Position numbers and translations under genes: made by a program. The notes beneath the pieces were generated by a model. That model saw only the letters and a list, made by a program, of their open reading frames with translations, had not been told where the DNA came from and searched no databases. DNA of 64,000 nucleotides from NCBI GenBank assembly GCA_963771355.1, contig CAVYTA010000006.1, forward strand, positions 1,760,001 to 1,824,000, read 5' to 3'. The DNA is from an uncultured Candidatus Rokubacteria bacterium. Lineage in GTDB: Bacteria; Methylomirabilota; Methylomirabilia; Rokubacteriales; CSP1-6. Positions 8,987 through 19,111 of the stretch are shown here, piece after piece; the first letter of the stretch is position 1, and each line of letters begins with the position of its first letter.

Positions 8987-9529
8987 TCAGGATGAACGAC
9001 GGGATCGCCCGTGCGGGGAGCGATCCGGCCCGCGCCGGGCCGGAGTCGGCCGGCAGGCGGGACAGCGGCCGAAGAACTCGATGCGGTGATGCGTGATGGT
9101 GAGCCCGGTGAGCGCGGCCACCCGGGCGGAGACGGCGCGGGTGGACGGATCGCAGAGGGGTCCGTCCACGTCCACGATGCGACCACAGCCGGTACACGTG
9201 AAGTGATGGTGCCGCTCGAGGTTCCCATCGAAGCGGGCGTGCGGTCCCGGCAGCTCGTGCACCAGCCCCTCCGCCACCAGCAGGCGCAGGTTGCGGTACA
9301 CCGTGCCCAGGCTCACCCGCGGCAGGCGCCGCCGCACCATGCGATGCACCGACTCCGCGGTGGGATGGGCCTCGGTGCCGCGCACCACCTCGAGGACGAT
9401 GCGGCGGGGCCCGGTGAGCCGCAGGCCCCGCGTGCGCAGCGAGCCCGCCGCGCTGGTATCGGGAGCGCGACCGGTGGTCGCCCCCCCGGCGGGGGTGGAC
9501 TTTTTTCTGGGAATCGTTCTCGGAATCAT
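8987..9529 (-). CDS. Fur-family regulator (PerR-like); start uncertain (9529/9547/9583)
   Basis: [32 protein letters not shown]. Confidence 0.85.
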   Translation of the reverse strand: MIPRTIPRKKSTPAGGATTGRAPDTSAAGSLRTRGLRLTGPRRIVLEVVRGTEAHPTAESVHRMVRRRLPRVSLGTVYRNLRLLVAEGLVHELPGPHARFDGNLERHHHFTCTGCGRIVDVDGPLCDPSTRAVSARVAALTGLTITHHRIEFFGRCPACRPTPARRGPDRSPHGRSRRSS

Positions 9530-9590
9530 TTTCGGTTTAGAGATCATCTTCGCTTTAGAAGTCGGGCTCGTTTTAGGAATCATTCTCAAT
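9509..9590. promoter_or_regulatory. Array of Fur/PerR-box-like motifs
   Basis: AT-rich GGAATCGTTCTC, GGAATCATTTTC, GAGATCATCTTC, GGAATCATTCTCAA; TTTAG recurs at 9536, 9554, 9572. Confidence 0.6.
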
Positions 9591-9692
9591 TTGGCCCCAC
9601 CGTAGCCGGAGGCGCGGACCCTGTCAAGCGCTTCGTGTTGCTCCCCGCGCGCGCCTTCCTGTAGACTGACGACCTCAGGAGGACCTGTTCGA

Positions 9693-12503
9693 ATGCCCCA
9701 ACCCCGGTGGCTCCGGATCGAGGGAGCCCGGCAGAACAATCTCAAGAACGTGTCCCTCGCCATCCCGCACGATGCGGTGACCGTGGTCACCGGCGTGTCG
9801 GGCTCCGGAAAATCCTCGCTCGCCTTCGACACGCTCTTCGCGGAAGGCCAGTGGCGGTACGTCGAGTCCCTGTCCACCTACGCCCGCATGTTCCTCGACC
9901 GGGTGGACCGGCCCGACGTGGACCGGATCGAGAACATCCGGCCCGCCATCGCGCTGGAGCAGAAGAACCCCGTGCGGACGGCCCGCTCCACGGTGGGCAC
10001 GGCCACCGAGCTCTACGACTACCTTCGCCTCCTCTTCGGCCGCATTGGGCGCGTCCACTGCCCGCGCTGCGGAAGCGAGGCGCGGAGCGACGCCGCCGAC
10101 ACGGTGACGGAGGCACTGGTGCGCGAGCACCCCGACGCGCGCGCCCTCGTGTGCTTCCCGCTGCCCGTCCCCGTCGGCGTGGACACGCAGGCGACCTATG
10201 CCGCGCTACTCCGCCGCGGCTTCGCGCGGGTCAAGGTCGCCGGGGAGGTCCGCGAGCTGGCCGACGCCGCCGGCCAGCCCGCCGCCCTGCCCGCGCCCGA
10301 GCCGGGGCAGCCTCTCCTGATCGTGCTGGACCGCGTGACGCTCGGCCGGGAGTCCCGGCGCCGGGTGGCGGAGTCCCTCGATGCCGCGCTGGCCGAAGGC
10401 GAGGGCCGGGCCGAGGTGGACGTGCTCGGCCGGGCGGTGATCTCGGTCAGCCGCGAGTACCGGTGCCCCAGCTGCGAGACTCCACTCACCCGGCCGCAGC
10501 CGCTCCTCTTCTCGTTCAATCACCCGGTGGGGGCCTGCCCCGAGTGCAAGGGCTTCGGCAATATCCTGCGCTACGACGAGCGCCTGGTGGTGCCCGATCC
10601 CACCCGGAGCCTCGCCGACGGGGCGGTGGAGCCCTGGACCCATCCGTCGGGGCGCTGGTACCAGAAGCAGCTCCTCAAGGCGGCCAAGAAGCGCGGGGTG
10701 GACCTGAGCCGGCCGTATGCCGAGCTCCCCAGCGCCGACCGCGAGTGGGTGTACGCGGGCGCCGACGGCTATGGCGGGATCCAGGGATTCTTCGAGGAGG
10801 TGGAGTCGTACCGTTACAAGCTCCACGTGCGCGTGTTTCTCTCGCGCTACCGCACCCAGTCGCGCTGTCCGCGCTGCGAGGGCACGCGGCTCAAGCCGGA
10901 GGCGCTGTCGGTCAAGGTGGGCGGCGCCACCATCGCCGAGCTCTGTGACCGGACCATCGAGGACCTGGCCGCCTTCGTCGAGGACCTCCGCCTCGGCAGC
11001 CTCGAGGCGGCGGTGGCGCGCGACGTCCTCCGCCTTCTCCGCGCCAAGCTGTCCTTCCTGCTGCGCGTGGGCCTGGGCTACATCACGCTCGGGCGCCAGA
11101 CGCGGACGCTCTCCGGGGGCGAGGCCCAGCGCATCAACCTGGCCAATCAGCTCGGCGCCCAGCTGGTGGGAACGCTCTACATCCTGGACGAGCCCTCCAT
11201 CGGGCTCCACGCCCGCGACACCTCGCGTCTGGCCGAGCTCTGCGGCGAGCTGGCCGCCGCCGGCAACACCGTGGTGGTGGTCGAGCACGACCGCTCGTTC
11301 ATCCAGGCGGCCGACTACGTGGTGGAGATGGGCCCCGGCTCGGGCGATCGCGGGGGGACCGTCACCTTCGCGGGGAACCAGGCAGAGTTCGCGCGCGACC
11401 CGCACTCCCTCACCGCCCGCTACCTCAGCGGTCGCGAGGGTATCCCGCTGCCCATCACCCGGCGCGAGGGCCGGCGGGCCCTCGTGGTGCGCGGCGCTCG
11501 GGCCCACAACCTCAAGGACGTCACCCTCCGCATCCCGCTCCACACCCTCACCTGCGTGTCCGGCGTGTCCGGATCCGGCAAGTCCACCCTCGTGCACGAG
11601 ACGCTCTATCGCGCGGTGGCCCGGCACTTCAAGGCGGACTTCAAGACTCCCGGCGAGCACGACGAGGTGCGTGGGCTGGAGTACCTCAAGGGCGTGCGCC
11701 TCATCGATCAGGAGCCCATCGGCCGCACGCCCCGGTCCAACCCGGTCACCTATGTGAAGATCTTCGACGAGATCCGGAAGCTCTTCGCGGCGCTGCCACG
11801 GGCGCGGACGCTGGGCCTCGGCGCGGGTGCCTTCTCCTTCAACGTGCCGGGCGGCCGTTGCGAGGCCTGCGAGGGCGGCGGGTTCCAGAAGCTCGAGATG
11901 TACTTCTTCGAGGACGTCTACGTGTCGTGTCCAGAGTGCGAGGGCCGCCGCTACCGGTCCGAGGTGCTCAAGGTCACCTACAAGGGCAAGGACATCAGCC
12001 AGGTCCTGCAGCTCACCGTGGACGAGTCAGTGGACTTCTTCGGAGCCCATACCGTGCTGGCCCGGCGCCTCAAGCTGCTGCAGGACGTGGGCCTGGGCTA
12101 TCTTCGCCTCGGCCAGCCCGCCACCACCCTCTCCGGCGGCGAGGCGCAGCGGCTGAAGATCGCGGCCGAGCTGGGGACGCGCCAGACCTCGGATCATCTG
12201 TACATCCTCGACGAGCCGACCACCGGCCTGCACCTCGACGACGTCAAGAAGCTGCTCGTGGTGCTCAGCCGCTTGGTCGACTCGGGCAACACCGTGATCG
12301 TAGTCGAGCATCACCTCGACGTCATCAAGTCCGCGGACTGGGTGGTGGATCTCGGGCCCGAGGGCGGCGGGGCCGGCGGCGCTATCATCGCCGAGGGCAC
12401 TCCGGAGCAGCTGGCCCAGGTGGACGGCTCCTACACCGGCAAGTTCCTCCGCGAGCTCCTTCCTCGACCCAACGGCAAGGGCGCCGGCGGGCGGATGGGA
12501 TGA
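9693..12503 (+). CDS. uvrA: Excinuclease ABC subunit A
   Basis: GARQNNLKN, two GVSGSGKS Walker A, two LSGGEAQR signatures, CxxC zinc fingers. Confidence 0.95.
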   Translation: MPQPRWLRIEGARQNNLKNVSLAIPHDAVTVVTGVSGSGKSSLAFDTLFAEGQWRYVESLSTYARMFLDRVDRPDVDRIENIRPAIALEQKNPVRTARSTVGTATELYDYLRLLFGRIGRVHCPRCGSEARSDAADTVTEALVREHPDARALVCFPLPVPVGVDTQATYAALLRRGFARVKVAGEVRELADAAGQPAALPAPEPGQPLLIVLDRVTLGRESRRRVAESLDAALAEGEGRAEVDVLGRAVISVSREYRCPSCETPLTRPQPLLFSFNHPVGACPECKGFGNILRYDERLVVPDPTRSLADGAVEPWTHPSGRWYQKQLLKAAKKRGVDLSRPYAELPSADREWVYAGADGYGGIQGFFEEVESYRYKLHVRVFLSRYRTQSRCPRCEGTRLKPEALSVKVGGATIAELCDRTIEDLAAFVEDLRLGSLEAAVARDVLRLLRAKLSFLLRVGLGYITLGRQTRTLSGGEAQRINLANQLGAQLVGTLYILDEPSIGLHARDTSRLAELCGELAAAGNTVVVVEHDRSFIQAADYVVEMGPGSGDRGGTVTFAGNQAEFARDPHSLTARYLSGREGIPLPITRREGRRALVVRGARAHNLKDVTLRIPLHTLTCVSGVSGSGKSTLVHETLYRAVARHFKADFKTPGEHDEVRGLEYLKGVRLIDQEPIGRTPRSNPVTYVKIFDEIRKLFAALPRARTLGLGAGAFSFNVPGGRCEACEGGGFQKLEMYFFEDVYVSCPECEGRRYRSEVLKVTYKGKDISQVLQLTVDESVDFFGAHTVLARRLKLLQDVGLGYLRLGQPATTLSGGEAQRLKIAAELGTRQTSDHLYILDEPTTGLHLDDVKKLLVVLSRLVDSGNTVIVVEHHLDVIKSADWVVDLGPEGGGAGGAIIAEGTPEQLAQVDGSYTGKFLRELLPRPNGKGAGGRMG

Positions 12504-13792
12504 ACCCCTACCACATCCTCGAGGCCATCGGTCTCCTCATCCTCGGCCTGCTCTTCTACTCGTACACCTTCGAGTGGTTCGCCGGCACCCGACCCACCCA
12601 CCGTCTGAGTCGCGCCCTCCTTCACGGCGTGGGCTTCGGCGCGCTCACGGTGGCCATCATGATCGCCCGCATCGAGATCGCGCCCGGCATCTTCATCGAC
12701 GTCCGCGGGGTACCGGTGGCGCTCATCGGCCTCTTCGAGGGCGGGCCGGCGGCCCTGGTGGCCGCCGGCATCGCTTGCGCGTACCGCCTCGCGCTCGGCG
12801 GCGACGGCAAATGGGCGGGAGGCTCGAGCCTCCTCGTCACCGCCGCCGTCGCGGGCCTCGCGCACGTGTGGGTGCGGCGCGACGGCCGGATGCGCCCCCG
12901 CCACGTCATCGGCCTCGCCGCCGCCACCTTCGCGGTCACCGGCCTCGCCTTCGCGATGCTCGGCGCCGGGGGCCTGGCCCTCTTCTCCCGGGTGTGGTCG
13001 GAGTACGCCGTCGCCTTTGGCGTGGGAATCGGGCTGGTGGCGCGGCTCTTCTACGACGTGGCGGAGCAACACCGGCTGGCCGCCGCCCAGGGCCGCTTCC
13101 GCGCCGTGCTCGACGAGGCCACCGACGCCATCCGGATCATCGACTGCGACAACCAGCGCATCGTGGACGTCAACCGTGCCGACTGCGTGCTGTCGGGCTG
13201 CCCTCGCGAGGAGCTGGTGGGACGCGACCGGCATGAGTTCTGGCCCGACGATCCCGAGGCCCGCCGGACCCAGGAGCGGTCCTTTGCCGAGACGTACGCG
13301 ACCGGGTTCTTGACGACGAGGAGCTCGCCCTTCCGCAACCAGGGCGGAACCGTCTTCCCGGTGGACACCACGCGCCGGATTGTCGAGTTCCAGGGGCGGC
13401 GCTACGAGATCATCGTGTGGCGCGATGCCGCCGCGCGCATCGCCGCGGAAACGGCGGACCACGAGACCTCGGCACTGCGGGCGGCCACCCTCCTCGCCCG
13501 GGCCGCCGCCCACGAGATCAACAACCCGCTCGCCGTGGTGCTGGGATATCTGCAGCTCATGGGCGGCCGCGTGGCCCCCGAGACCAAGGAAGCGGGATGG
13601 ATACGCCAGATGACCGACTCCTGCGTCCGCATCCGCGACGCCGTCGGACGGTTCAACAGCATCACCAAGATCGAGGCGACCACGCCCGTCGGCAGCGTTC
13701 CCCCCATGCTCGACACCGCCCGCTCCTCCGCGCCGGCGGCGACCGCTCCCCCGCCGCCCGCGCCTCCGCCGCCCCCTTCGCCCGCTCCGTGA
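12500..13792 (+). CDS. Membrane sensor: 5TM-LytS-like + PAS + HisKA, no HATPase domain
   Basis: IDVRGVPVALIGLFEGG TM region, PAS (VNRADCVLSGCPREELVG), H-box AHEINNPL, then short tail and Pro-rich end. Confidence 0.75.
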   Translation: MNPYHILEAIGLLILGLLFYSYTFEWFAGTRPTHRLSRALLHGVGFGALTVAIMIARIEIAPGIFIDVRGVPVALIGLFEGGPAALVAAGIACAYRLALGGDGKWAGGSSLLVTAAVAGLAHVWVRRDGRMRPRHVIGLAAATFAVTGLAFAMLGAGGLALFSRVWSEYAVAFGVGIGLVARLFYDVAEQHRLAAAQGRFRAVLDEATDAIRIIDCDNQRIVDVNRADCVLSGCPREELVGRDRHEFWPDDPEARRTQERSFAETYATGFLTTRSSPFRNQGGTVFPVDTTRRIVEFQGRRYEIIVWRDAAARIAAETADHETSALRAATLLARAAAHEINNPLAVVLGYLQLMGGRVAPETKEAGWIRQMTDSCVRIRDAVGRFNSITKIEATTPVGSVPPMLDTARSSAPAATAPPPPAPPPPPSPAP

Positions 13793-15024
13793 GGGCCCCG
13801 CTCTACTACGGCTGGGTCGTCGTCGCGGGCGCCTTCCTCGTCCTCTTCCTCGCCTACGGCACGCAGTACGCCTTCGGCGTCTTCTTCGCCGCGCTGCTCG
13901 CCGAGTTCCACTGGTCGCGCGCCAGTCTCTCGGGCGCTTTTTCGCTCTATGCCTTCGTCTACAGCGTGTTCGGACTGGTGGCGGGACGCCTCACCGATCG
14001 CTGGGGACCCCGCGCGGTGATCGGCGGGGGCGGCGTGCTCCTCGGGGCCGGGCTCGCCGGTATGAGTCGCGTGGATGCGCTCTGGCAGCCCTATGTCCTC
14101 TACGGCGGCGTGGCCGCATTGGGCATGTCCACCGCCTTCGTTCCCTGCAACGCCACCGTGGTGCGGTGGTTCGTGCGCCGCCGCGGGCTCGCGGTGGGGC
14201 TGGCCACCGCGGGCGGCAGTCTCGGCACCTTTGTCTTGCCCCCGGTGGCCCACTGGCTGGTGAGCGGGCTCGGCTGGAGAGGCGCCTACCTCGCCTTCGG
14301 GGTGGCGGTCTTCCTCGTGCTCAATGGGGTCGCCTTCCTGATGCGCCGCGATCCGGAATCCCTCGGCCTTTCTCCCGATGGCGCGGCCCGACCTCTCACC
14401 GCCGAGGCGGAAGTCGCCGGCTGGCCGGTGCGGGCGGCGATGCGGACCCGCGCCTTCTGGATGCTCTTCTGCATCTTCGGTCTCACCTGGATGTCCGTCT
14501 TCGTGCCCCTCGTGCACCTCGTGCCCCTGGCGCGCGATCTCGGCGTGGACTCGCTCCGCGCGGCGACCCTGGTCAGCGCGCTGGGCATCGCCGCGGTGGC
14601 GGGGCGGATCGCCATGGGGTGGGTGTCGGACCGCATCGGCCGGCGTCCCGTGCTCGCCGTCGGGCTCGCGCTCCAGTCGGTGTCCTTCGTGGGGCTCGCG
14701 CAGGCGACCGGACTGCCCGCGCTGTACGCGGCCGCGCTGACCTTCGGCTTCTCCTATGGAACGATCTCGACGATCTTCCCCGCCATGGTGGCGGACTTCT
14801 TCGGCCGCGCCAACGCGGGCAGCCTGGTCGGGCTCCTGTTCGGGATCGCCGCGCCCTCGGCGGCCGTCGGCCCGGTGGCGGCGGGCTGGATCTACGATCG
14901 CCACGGCGGCTACGAGCTCGCCTGGTGGCTCAGCGCGGGCATCAACCTGGCGGCGTTGGCCCTGCTCGCGTTCGCGCGCCCGCCCGGGCGGGCGCCGATT
15001 GACCGGTCCGCGCGCGCCCGCTAG
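13789..15024 (+). CDS. MFS transporter (OFA/MCT-like)
   Basis: YYGWVVV start, GRLTDRWGPR and GWVSDRIGRR motifs, multiple TM segments. Confidence 0.9.
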   Translation: MRAPLYYGWVVVAGAFLVLFLAYGTQYAFGVFFAALLAEFHWSRASLSGAFSLYAFVYSVFGLVAGRLTDRWGPRAVIGGGGVLLGAGLAGMSRVDALWQPYVLYGGVAALGMSTAFVPCNATVVRWFVRRRGLAVGLATAGGSLGTFVLPPVAHWLVSGLGWRGAYLAFGVAVFLVLNGVAFLMRRDPESLGLSPDGAARPLTAEAEVAGWPVRAAMRTRAFWMLFCIFGLTWMSVFVPLVHLVPLARDLGVDSLRAATLVSALGIAAVAGRIAMGWVSDRIGRRPVLAVGLALQSVSFVGLAQATGLPALYAAALTFGFSYGTISTIFPAMVADFFGRANAGSLVGLLFGIAAPSAAVGPVAAGWIYDRHGGYELAWWLSAGINLAALALLAFARPPGRAPIDRSARAR

Positions 15025-15089
15025 ACTGGGCCGGCCGCCGGCCGCCACGAACCGAAGCCGGCGCCAACGAACTTCTCCAGGGAGGCGCG

Positions 15090-16304
15090 ATGGCCGGGCT
15101 CAAGGACAAGTACTGCATCGTCGGCGTCGGTGAAACCGAGTACAGCCGCGAATCCCGCCGGAGCACGCGCGCGATGGCGGTGGAAGCGGTCCGGAAGGCC
15201 ATGGACGACGCCGGGCTCGCCTCCGCCCAGGTGGACGGGATGATGTCCTACCAGAGCGGCGACTCCACTCCCGCCCCCTGGGTCTCCGGCGACCTCGGCC
15301 TGCGGCTGAACTTCTACATGGACGTATTCGGCGGCGGCTCGTCCACCGAGGCGCTCGTCGGACTCGCCATCGGCGCCATCGAGGCGGGGATGTGCAACAC
15401 GGTGGCGCTGTTTCGCTCGATGAACGGCTATTCCGACTTCCGCATCGGAGGCACCGGGGCGCGCGCGGCCCAGCCGGTGCGCGGCCTGGACCTGGCGCAG
15501 GTGCCCTTCGGCATGCGGAGCGCGGGCCAGAACTTCGCGCCCACCTTCATGCGGCACATGTACGAGTACGGCACCACCTCGGAGCAGGTGGCGGCCGTGC
15601 GCGTGGCCCACAGCCGGCACGCCTCCCAGAACCCGAAGGCCTTCCTGAAGGACCGGGTGACGGTGGCGGACGTGGTGGGCTCGCGCTGGATCGTGAAGCC
15701 GCTGCACCTCCTCGACTGCTGCCTGGAGACGGACAACGCCACCGCCCTCATCGTCACCTCCACCGAGCGCGCGCGCGACCTCAAGCGGAAGCCCGCCCAC
15801 ATCATGGGCGTCGCCGGCCGCGTCAACAAGCCGCGCCTCGACTTCCACTGGGCGCACGGGCCGATCAGCCGCGTGGCCGGCTACTACGCCAAGGAGGTCG
15901 TGTTCGGCCAGGCCGGCATCGGGCCCGAGGACGTGGACGTCACCGGCTCCTACGACGCCTTCACCTTCACCACCATGCTCCAGCTCGAGGAGTACGGCTT
16001 CTGCAAGAAGGGCGAGGGCGGGGCCTACGTCTCGAGCGGAATCATCGAGCTGGGCGGCAAGCGGCCCAATAACACCTCCGGCGGGCATCTCTGCGAGGGT
16101 TACACCCACGGCATGAGCATGGTCATCGAGAACGTGCGCCAGCTGCGGGGCACCGTGGACGACTATTGCCCGGGAGCCGCCGACGGCAAGCACTCGTATG
16201 ACTACGCGCCGGGCAAGTGCCGGCAGGTCAAGGACGCGCGCATCACCATGAACCTCGGCTGGGCGATGCCCCCGACCGGCTCGGCCCTGATCCTCCACAC
16301 CTGA
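15090..16304 (+). CDS. Thiolase-superfamily protein (SCPx/Ltp2-like)
   Basis: IVGVGETEY, LLDCCLETD, YDAFT, NTSGGHLCEGYTHG. Confidence 0.85.
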   Translation: MAGLKDKYCIVGVGETEYSRESRRSTRAMAVEAVRKAMDDAGLASAQVDGMMSYQSGDSTPAPWVSGDLGLRLNFYMDVFGGGSSTEALVGLAIGAIEAGMCNTVALFRSMNGYSDFRIGGTGARAAQPVRGLDLAQVPFGMRSAGQNFAPTFMRHMYEYGTTSEQVAAVRVAHSRHASQNPKAFLKDRVTVADVVGSRWIVKPLHLLDCCLETDNATALIVTSTERARDLKRKPAHIMGVAGRVNKPRLDFHWAHGPISRVAGYYAKEVVFGQAGIGPEDVDVTGSYDAFTFTTMLQLEEYGFCKKGEGGAYVSSGIIELGGKRPNNTSGGHLCEGYTHGMSMVIENVRQLRGTVDDYCPGAADGKHSYDYAPGKCRQVKDARITMNLGWAMPPTGSALILHT

Positions 16305-16320
16305 GAGCGGAGATCGCCCC

Positions 16321-16827
16321 ATGGCCAACGTGGAATACCGCGGTATGAACCTGGTGATCCCCGAGAACGACTCGGAGTGGCGCGAGCACTTCAAGCTGGC
16401 CCGGCAGCGGCGGAAGCTTGTGCTCCGCAGGTGCACGAAGTGCGGGCTCATGCGCTATCCCCCCAGCCACGGCTGTCCCTGGTGCCCGTCGCTCGAGTGG
16501 AGCTGGCAGGACGTGTCAGGGGGCGGCCACATCTACTCCTACGAGGTGGTGCATCACGCCATCCAGCCCGGCTTCAAGGAGTGGACGCCCTACACGGTGG
16601 CCCTGGTGGAGCTCGACGAGCAGCGGGGCGCGCCCACGGCCGACGAGGCGCTCCGCATCATCGCCAATGTGGTCACGCGGGAGTTCCGGCCCGAGCCCGA
16701 GGCCAATGTCGCCATCGGCAAGCGGGTGCGTGTGGTCTTCCAGGACATCGGGGAGGACTGGGCCCTGCCCCAGGTGAGCCTCACCGACGAGCCGCCGGTG
16801 GGCCGGGTCTGGCGCTTCCCCGGGTAG
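16321..16827 (+). CDS. DUF35 Zn-ribbon/OB-fold protein (ChsH2-like)
   Basis: CTKC...YPP...CPWC plus OB fold; adjacent to thiolase-like gene. Confidence 0.88.
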   Translation: MANVEYRGMNLVIPENDSEWREHFKLARQRRKLVLRRCTKCGLMRYPPSHGCPWCPSLEWSWQDVSGGGHIYSYEVVHHAIQPGFKEWTPYTVALVELDEQRGAPTADEALRIIANVVTREFRPEPEANVAIGKRVRVVFQDIGEDWALPQVSLTDEPPVGRVWRFPG

Positions 16828-16870
16828 CGGACCTGACCACGCCGGCGGGGGCGGACGCTCTGGTGCCGTC

Positions 16871-17395
16871 CTACCCCCGCGTCAGCCGGGCCACGATGGC
16901 CTCGAACGCCTTGTCCGCCAGGTCGCGCACCTCGTCCCGGGTGAGCGGCTGGATGGGGTGCTGCACCATCACCGTCTCGTAGTCGTCCGCGCCCAGCGCC
17001 GACGCCTGCGCCCGTGCCGCCCGCTGGAACTCCGTCGAGATGACGGTGGCGGTGGGGATCCCGTGGTCCTCGAAAAATACGCCGTCGTGCACACTGCACG
17101 TTGTGCAGGACCCTCAGTCGGCGAGGCCCTCGATGAGCACCTCCGTCTCCTCGAGGATCTTCTTGCGCAGGTCCTCCGGCGCCGGGCGCGCGAAGGTGGG
17201 CTTCTTGCGGCGATGGATCGCCTTGGGCCGGTGCCGCTCGCGCAGCAACTCCTCCACGCGGTCCAGCAGGTGGTCGCCCTTGGCCTTGGAGATGTCGAGC
17301 AGGGTGATCACCTTCCCGTCGAGGGAGTCGGGACGCGGGGCGCGGTGCCGGGGCACCGCCACGGAGTCGGTGGGATCCAGGAATTCGTCGCTCAT
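16871..17395 (-). CDS. UGSC-family selenoprotein (in-frame UGA at 17116-17114 read as Sec), 174 aa
   Basis: Two same-frame ORFs join as ...EGLAD-U-GSCTTCSVHDG...GIPTATVIS; GGAGG RBS; hairpin directly 3' of UGA. Confidence 0.88.
17088..17107 (-). promoter_or_regulatory. Putative bacterial SECIS hairpin
   Basis: TGCAC-A-AC-[GTGCA]-GT-GTGCA beginning 7 nt after the UGA. Confidence 0.5.
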
Positions 17396-17403
17396 GTCGC
17401 CTC

Positions 17404-18459
17404 CTAGTCGGCCTCGATCTTGCGATGGACCATCCGCGACATCTTGGGAAACGTCCAGCCCGCCACCACCGCCGAGAAGCGGCCGGCGGTGCCGCCCGCC
17501 ACCACGAACTTGAGGTTGGCCGGCTCACGGAACTTGGCGATCAGCGTCTCCTCGGTGGCGGGGGCGGCGAACTTCGCCAGCACGTGGGCGGGCAGCCCCT
17601 CGCCGCCGTCCATGCCCGGGATGAGCGCGCGCACCGGCTTGCGCAGGCGCTCCCACAGGAAGGCGCGCATGCGGCCCCGGTCCCACCCGTCGGCGGCGAG
17701 CAGGCGCGCGTGCTCGGGCGAGAGCACGATCAGGGTATCGCCGTGGTGAGTGGACTTGTGATGGGAGATCACCGCCAGCGAGTGCGCGAGGGTGACGAGG
17801 AGGTCCTCGCCCGTGCGGCTCAGGTGGTCGTAGACGGTCTGCGGGGCCGCGCCGGCGAAGGCGCTGATCACGCTCTCCCCGGGCGCGAAGCCCGCCTCCA
17901 TCGAGAGCGGCGACCAGGGGCTCTCCTCCTCGTTCTCCGCGATGCAGTAAGTGAAGTAGCCTGGATGCGCGAGGGTGGACATGGTGATGCCGCCGGCGGC
18001 GGCCCCGCCCACGTTGCGTATGATGAGGCGCAGCGCCCGCCCGATGGTGGCGTTGGCGCGATGGCCGGGTCCGAACACCCCCGCTCCCGCGTTGAAGTCG
18101 AGCCGCTTGCGCACCGGGCCGTTCACGATGAAGAGCGGCGCCGCGCTGTTGGTGGTGGCGGCCACGCCGTGGAGGTCGAAGGCGTCGTCGCACATCGCTT
18201 CCACCCCGGCGATCACCACCGGCAGGTATTCGGGCCGGCAGCCCGCCATCACCGCGTTGACCGCGATCTTCTCCACGGTGGCGTGGCCGAAGTTGGGCGG
18301 GACGAGGGCGACCAGGCCATCGGCGGGGCGACCCGCGGCGGCCACCGCCGCCGCCACCCGCTCGCGGGTGGGCGGCACCACCGGCAGCCCGTCGGTCACC
18401 CCCCGCGCGTCGAGCGCCTCGAAGGGGTCATCGGCGGGGTCCACCTCGCGACCGCTCAC
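17404..18459 (-). CDS. Conserved uncharacterised protein (TDGLPVVPPT motif), partner of UGSC protein
   Basis: TDGLPVVPPT, TVEKIAVNAVMAGCRPEY, RANATIGRALRL, ENEEESPW; 8 nt from the UGSC gene. Confidence 0.8.
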   Translation of the reverse strand: MSGREVDPADDPFEALDARGVTDGLPVVPPTRERVAAAVAAAGRPADGLVALVPPNFGHATVEKIAVNAVMAGCRPEYLPVVIAGVEAMCDDAFDLHGVAATTNSAAPLFIVNGPVRKRLDFNAGAGVFGPGHRANATIGRALRLIIRNVGGAAAGGITMSTLAHPGYFTYCIAENEEESPWSPLSMEAGFAPGESVISAFAGAAPQTVYDHLSRTGEDLLVTLAHSLAVISHHKSTHHGDTLIVLSPEHARLLAADGWDRGRMRAFLWERLRKPVRALIPGMDGGEGLPAHVLAKFAAPATEETLIAKFREPANLKFVVAGGTAGRFSAVVAGWTFPKMSRMVHRKIEAD

Positions 18460-19106
18460 GACCGACAGGCGCGAAAATTCGCGTAGTCACCGGCAGCGCG
18501 ACTCTTGGTATCGTCGGCGTCGGTGAGGACGGCGATGCCCGCGAGCTTCGGGGTCTCGGCCTCCTTGAAGCGCGCGCGATACTCCTCGGCCACGTTGACA
18601 CGCTCCTCCACCCACTGACCCTTCGCGCCATTCCCGCTCCGGAGCACGCGCGCCTGCGTGAGCCCCGCGCTCGAGGTCAGCGTCGTTCCCACCGGCACCA
18701 CCGCGCTCCAGATGTACTTGAGCGACTTCAGGGACACGGAGGAGTGGGGCCACACCGCGTACACGGACAGCGCGCTGTCGTTGGTCTTGCTGTTGCGCTC
18801 GTCCGATCCCTTGGGATGCTCCCCCAGCCGCCAGGCCCAGGCGAGGATGGGGTAGGCGGCGTGGTCCCAGGGCTGCTCGCGGGCGGCCTGGATGCCGATG
18901 CCCTCGGAGACCGCCCTCAAGAATCGGCGCCCCCCTTCCTCGCGCACCGTGTAGACGCCGCGCCCGGAGTCCTTCCGCAGCTTCCAGTCGACCGGGAACT
19001 CGCCGACCTTGGAGCGCGAGAAGTCCTCGAGCACGATACAGTCGGCCGCCCGCGCGGAGGGAGCGGCGAGGAGGACGATGAGGCCGACGAGGACGAGGTA
19101 TCGCAT
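18456..19106 (-). CDS. DUF3047-like secreted protein
   Basis: Signal peptide; PILAWAWR, LKYIWS, WVEERVNV, IAVLTDADDT. Confidence 0.78.
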   Translation of the reverse strand: MRYLVLVGLIVLLAAPSARAADCIVLEDFSRSKVGEFPVDWKLRKDSGRGVYTVREEGGRRFLRAVSEGIGIQAAREQPWDHAAYPILAWAWRLGEHPKGSDERNSKTNDSALSVYAVWPHSSVSLKSLKYIWSAVVPVGTTLTSSAGLTQARVLRSGNGAKGQWVEERVNVAEEYRARFKEAETPKLAGIAVLTDADDTKSRAAGDYANFRACRS

Positions 19107-19111
19107 GTCCG

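Noticed and set aside
16871..17395. Two small genes or a nonsense pseudogene
   Set aside because: The stop is TGA exactly at the U of a UGSC motif with a downstream hairpin; Sec read-through explains it better
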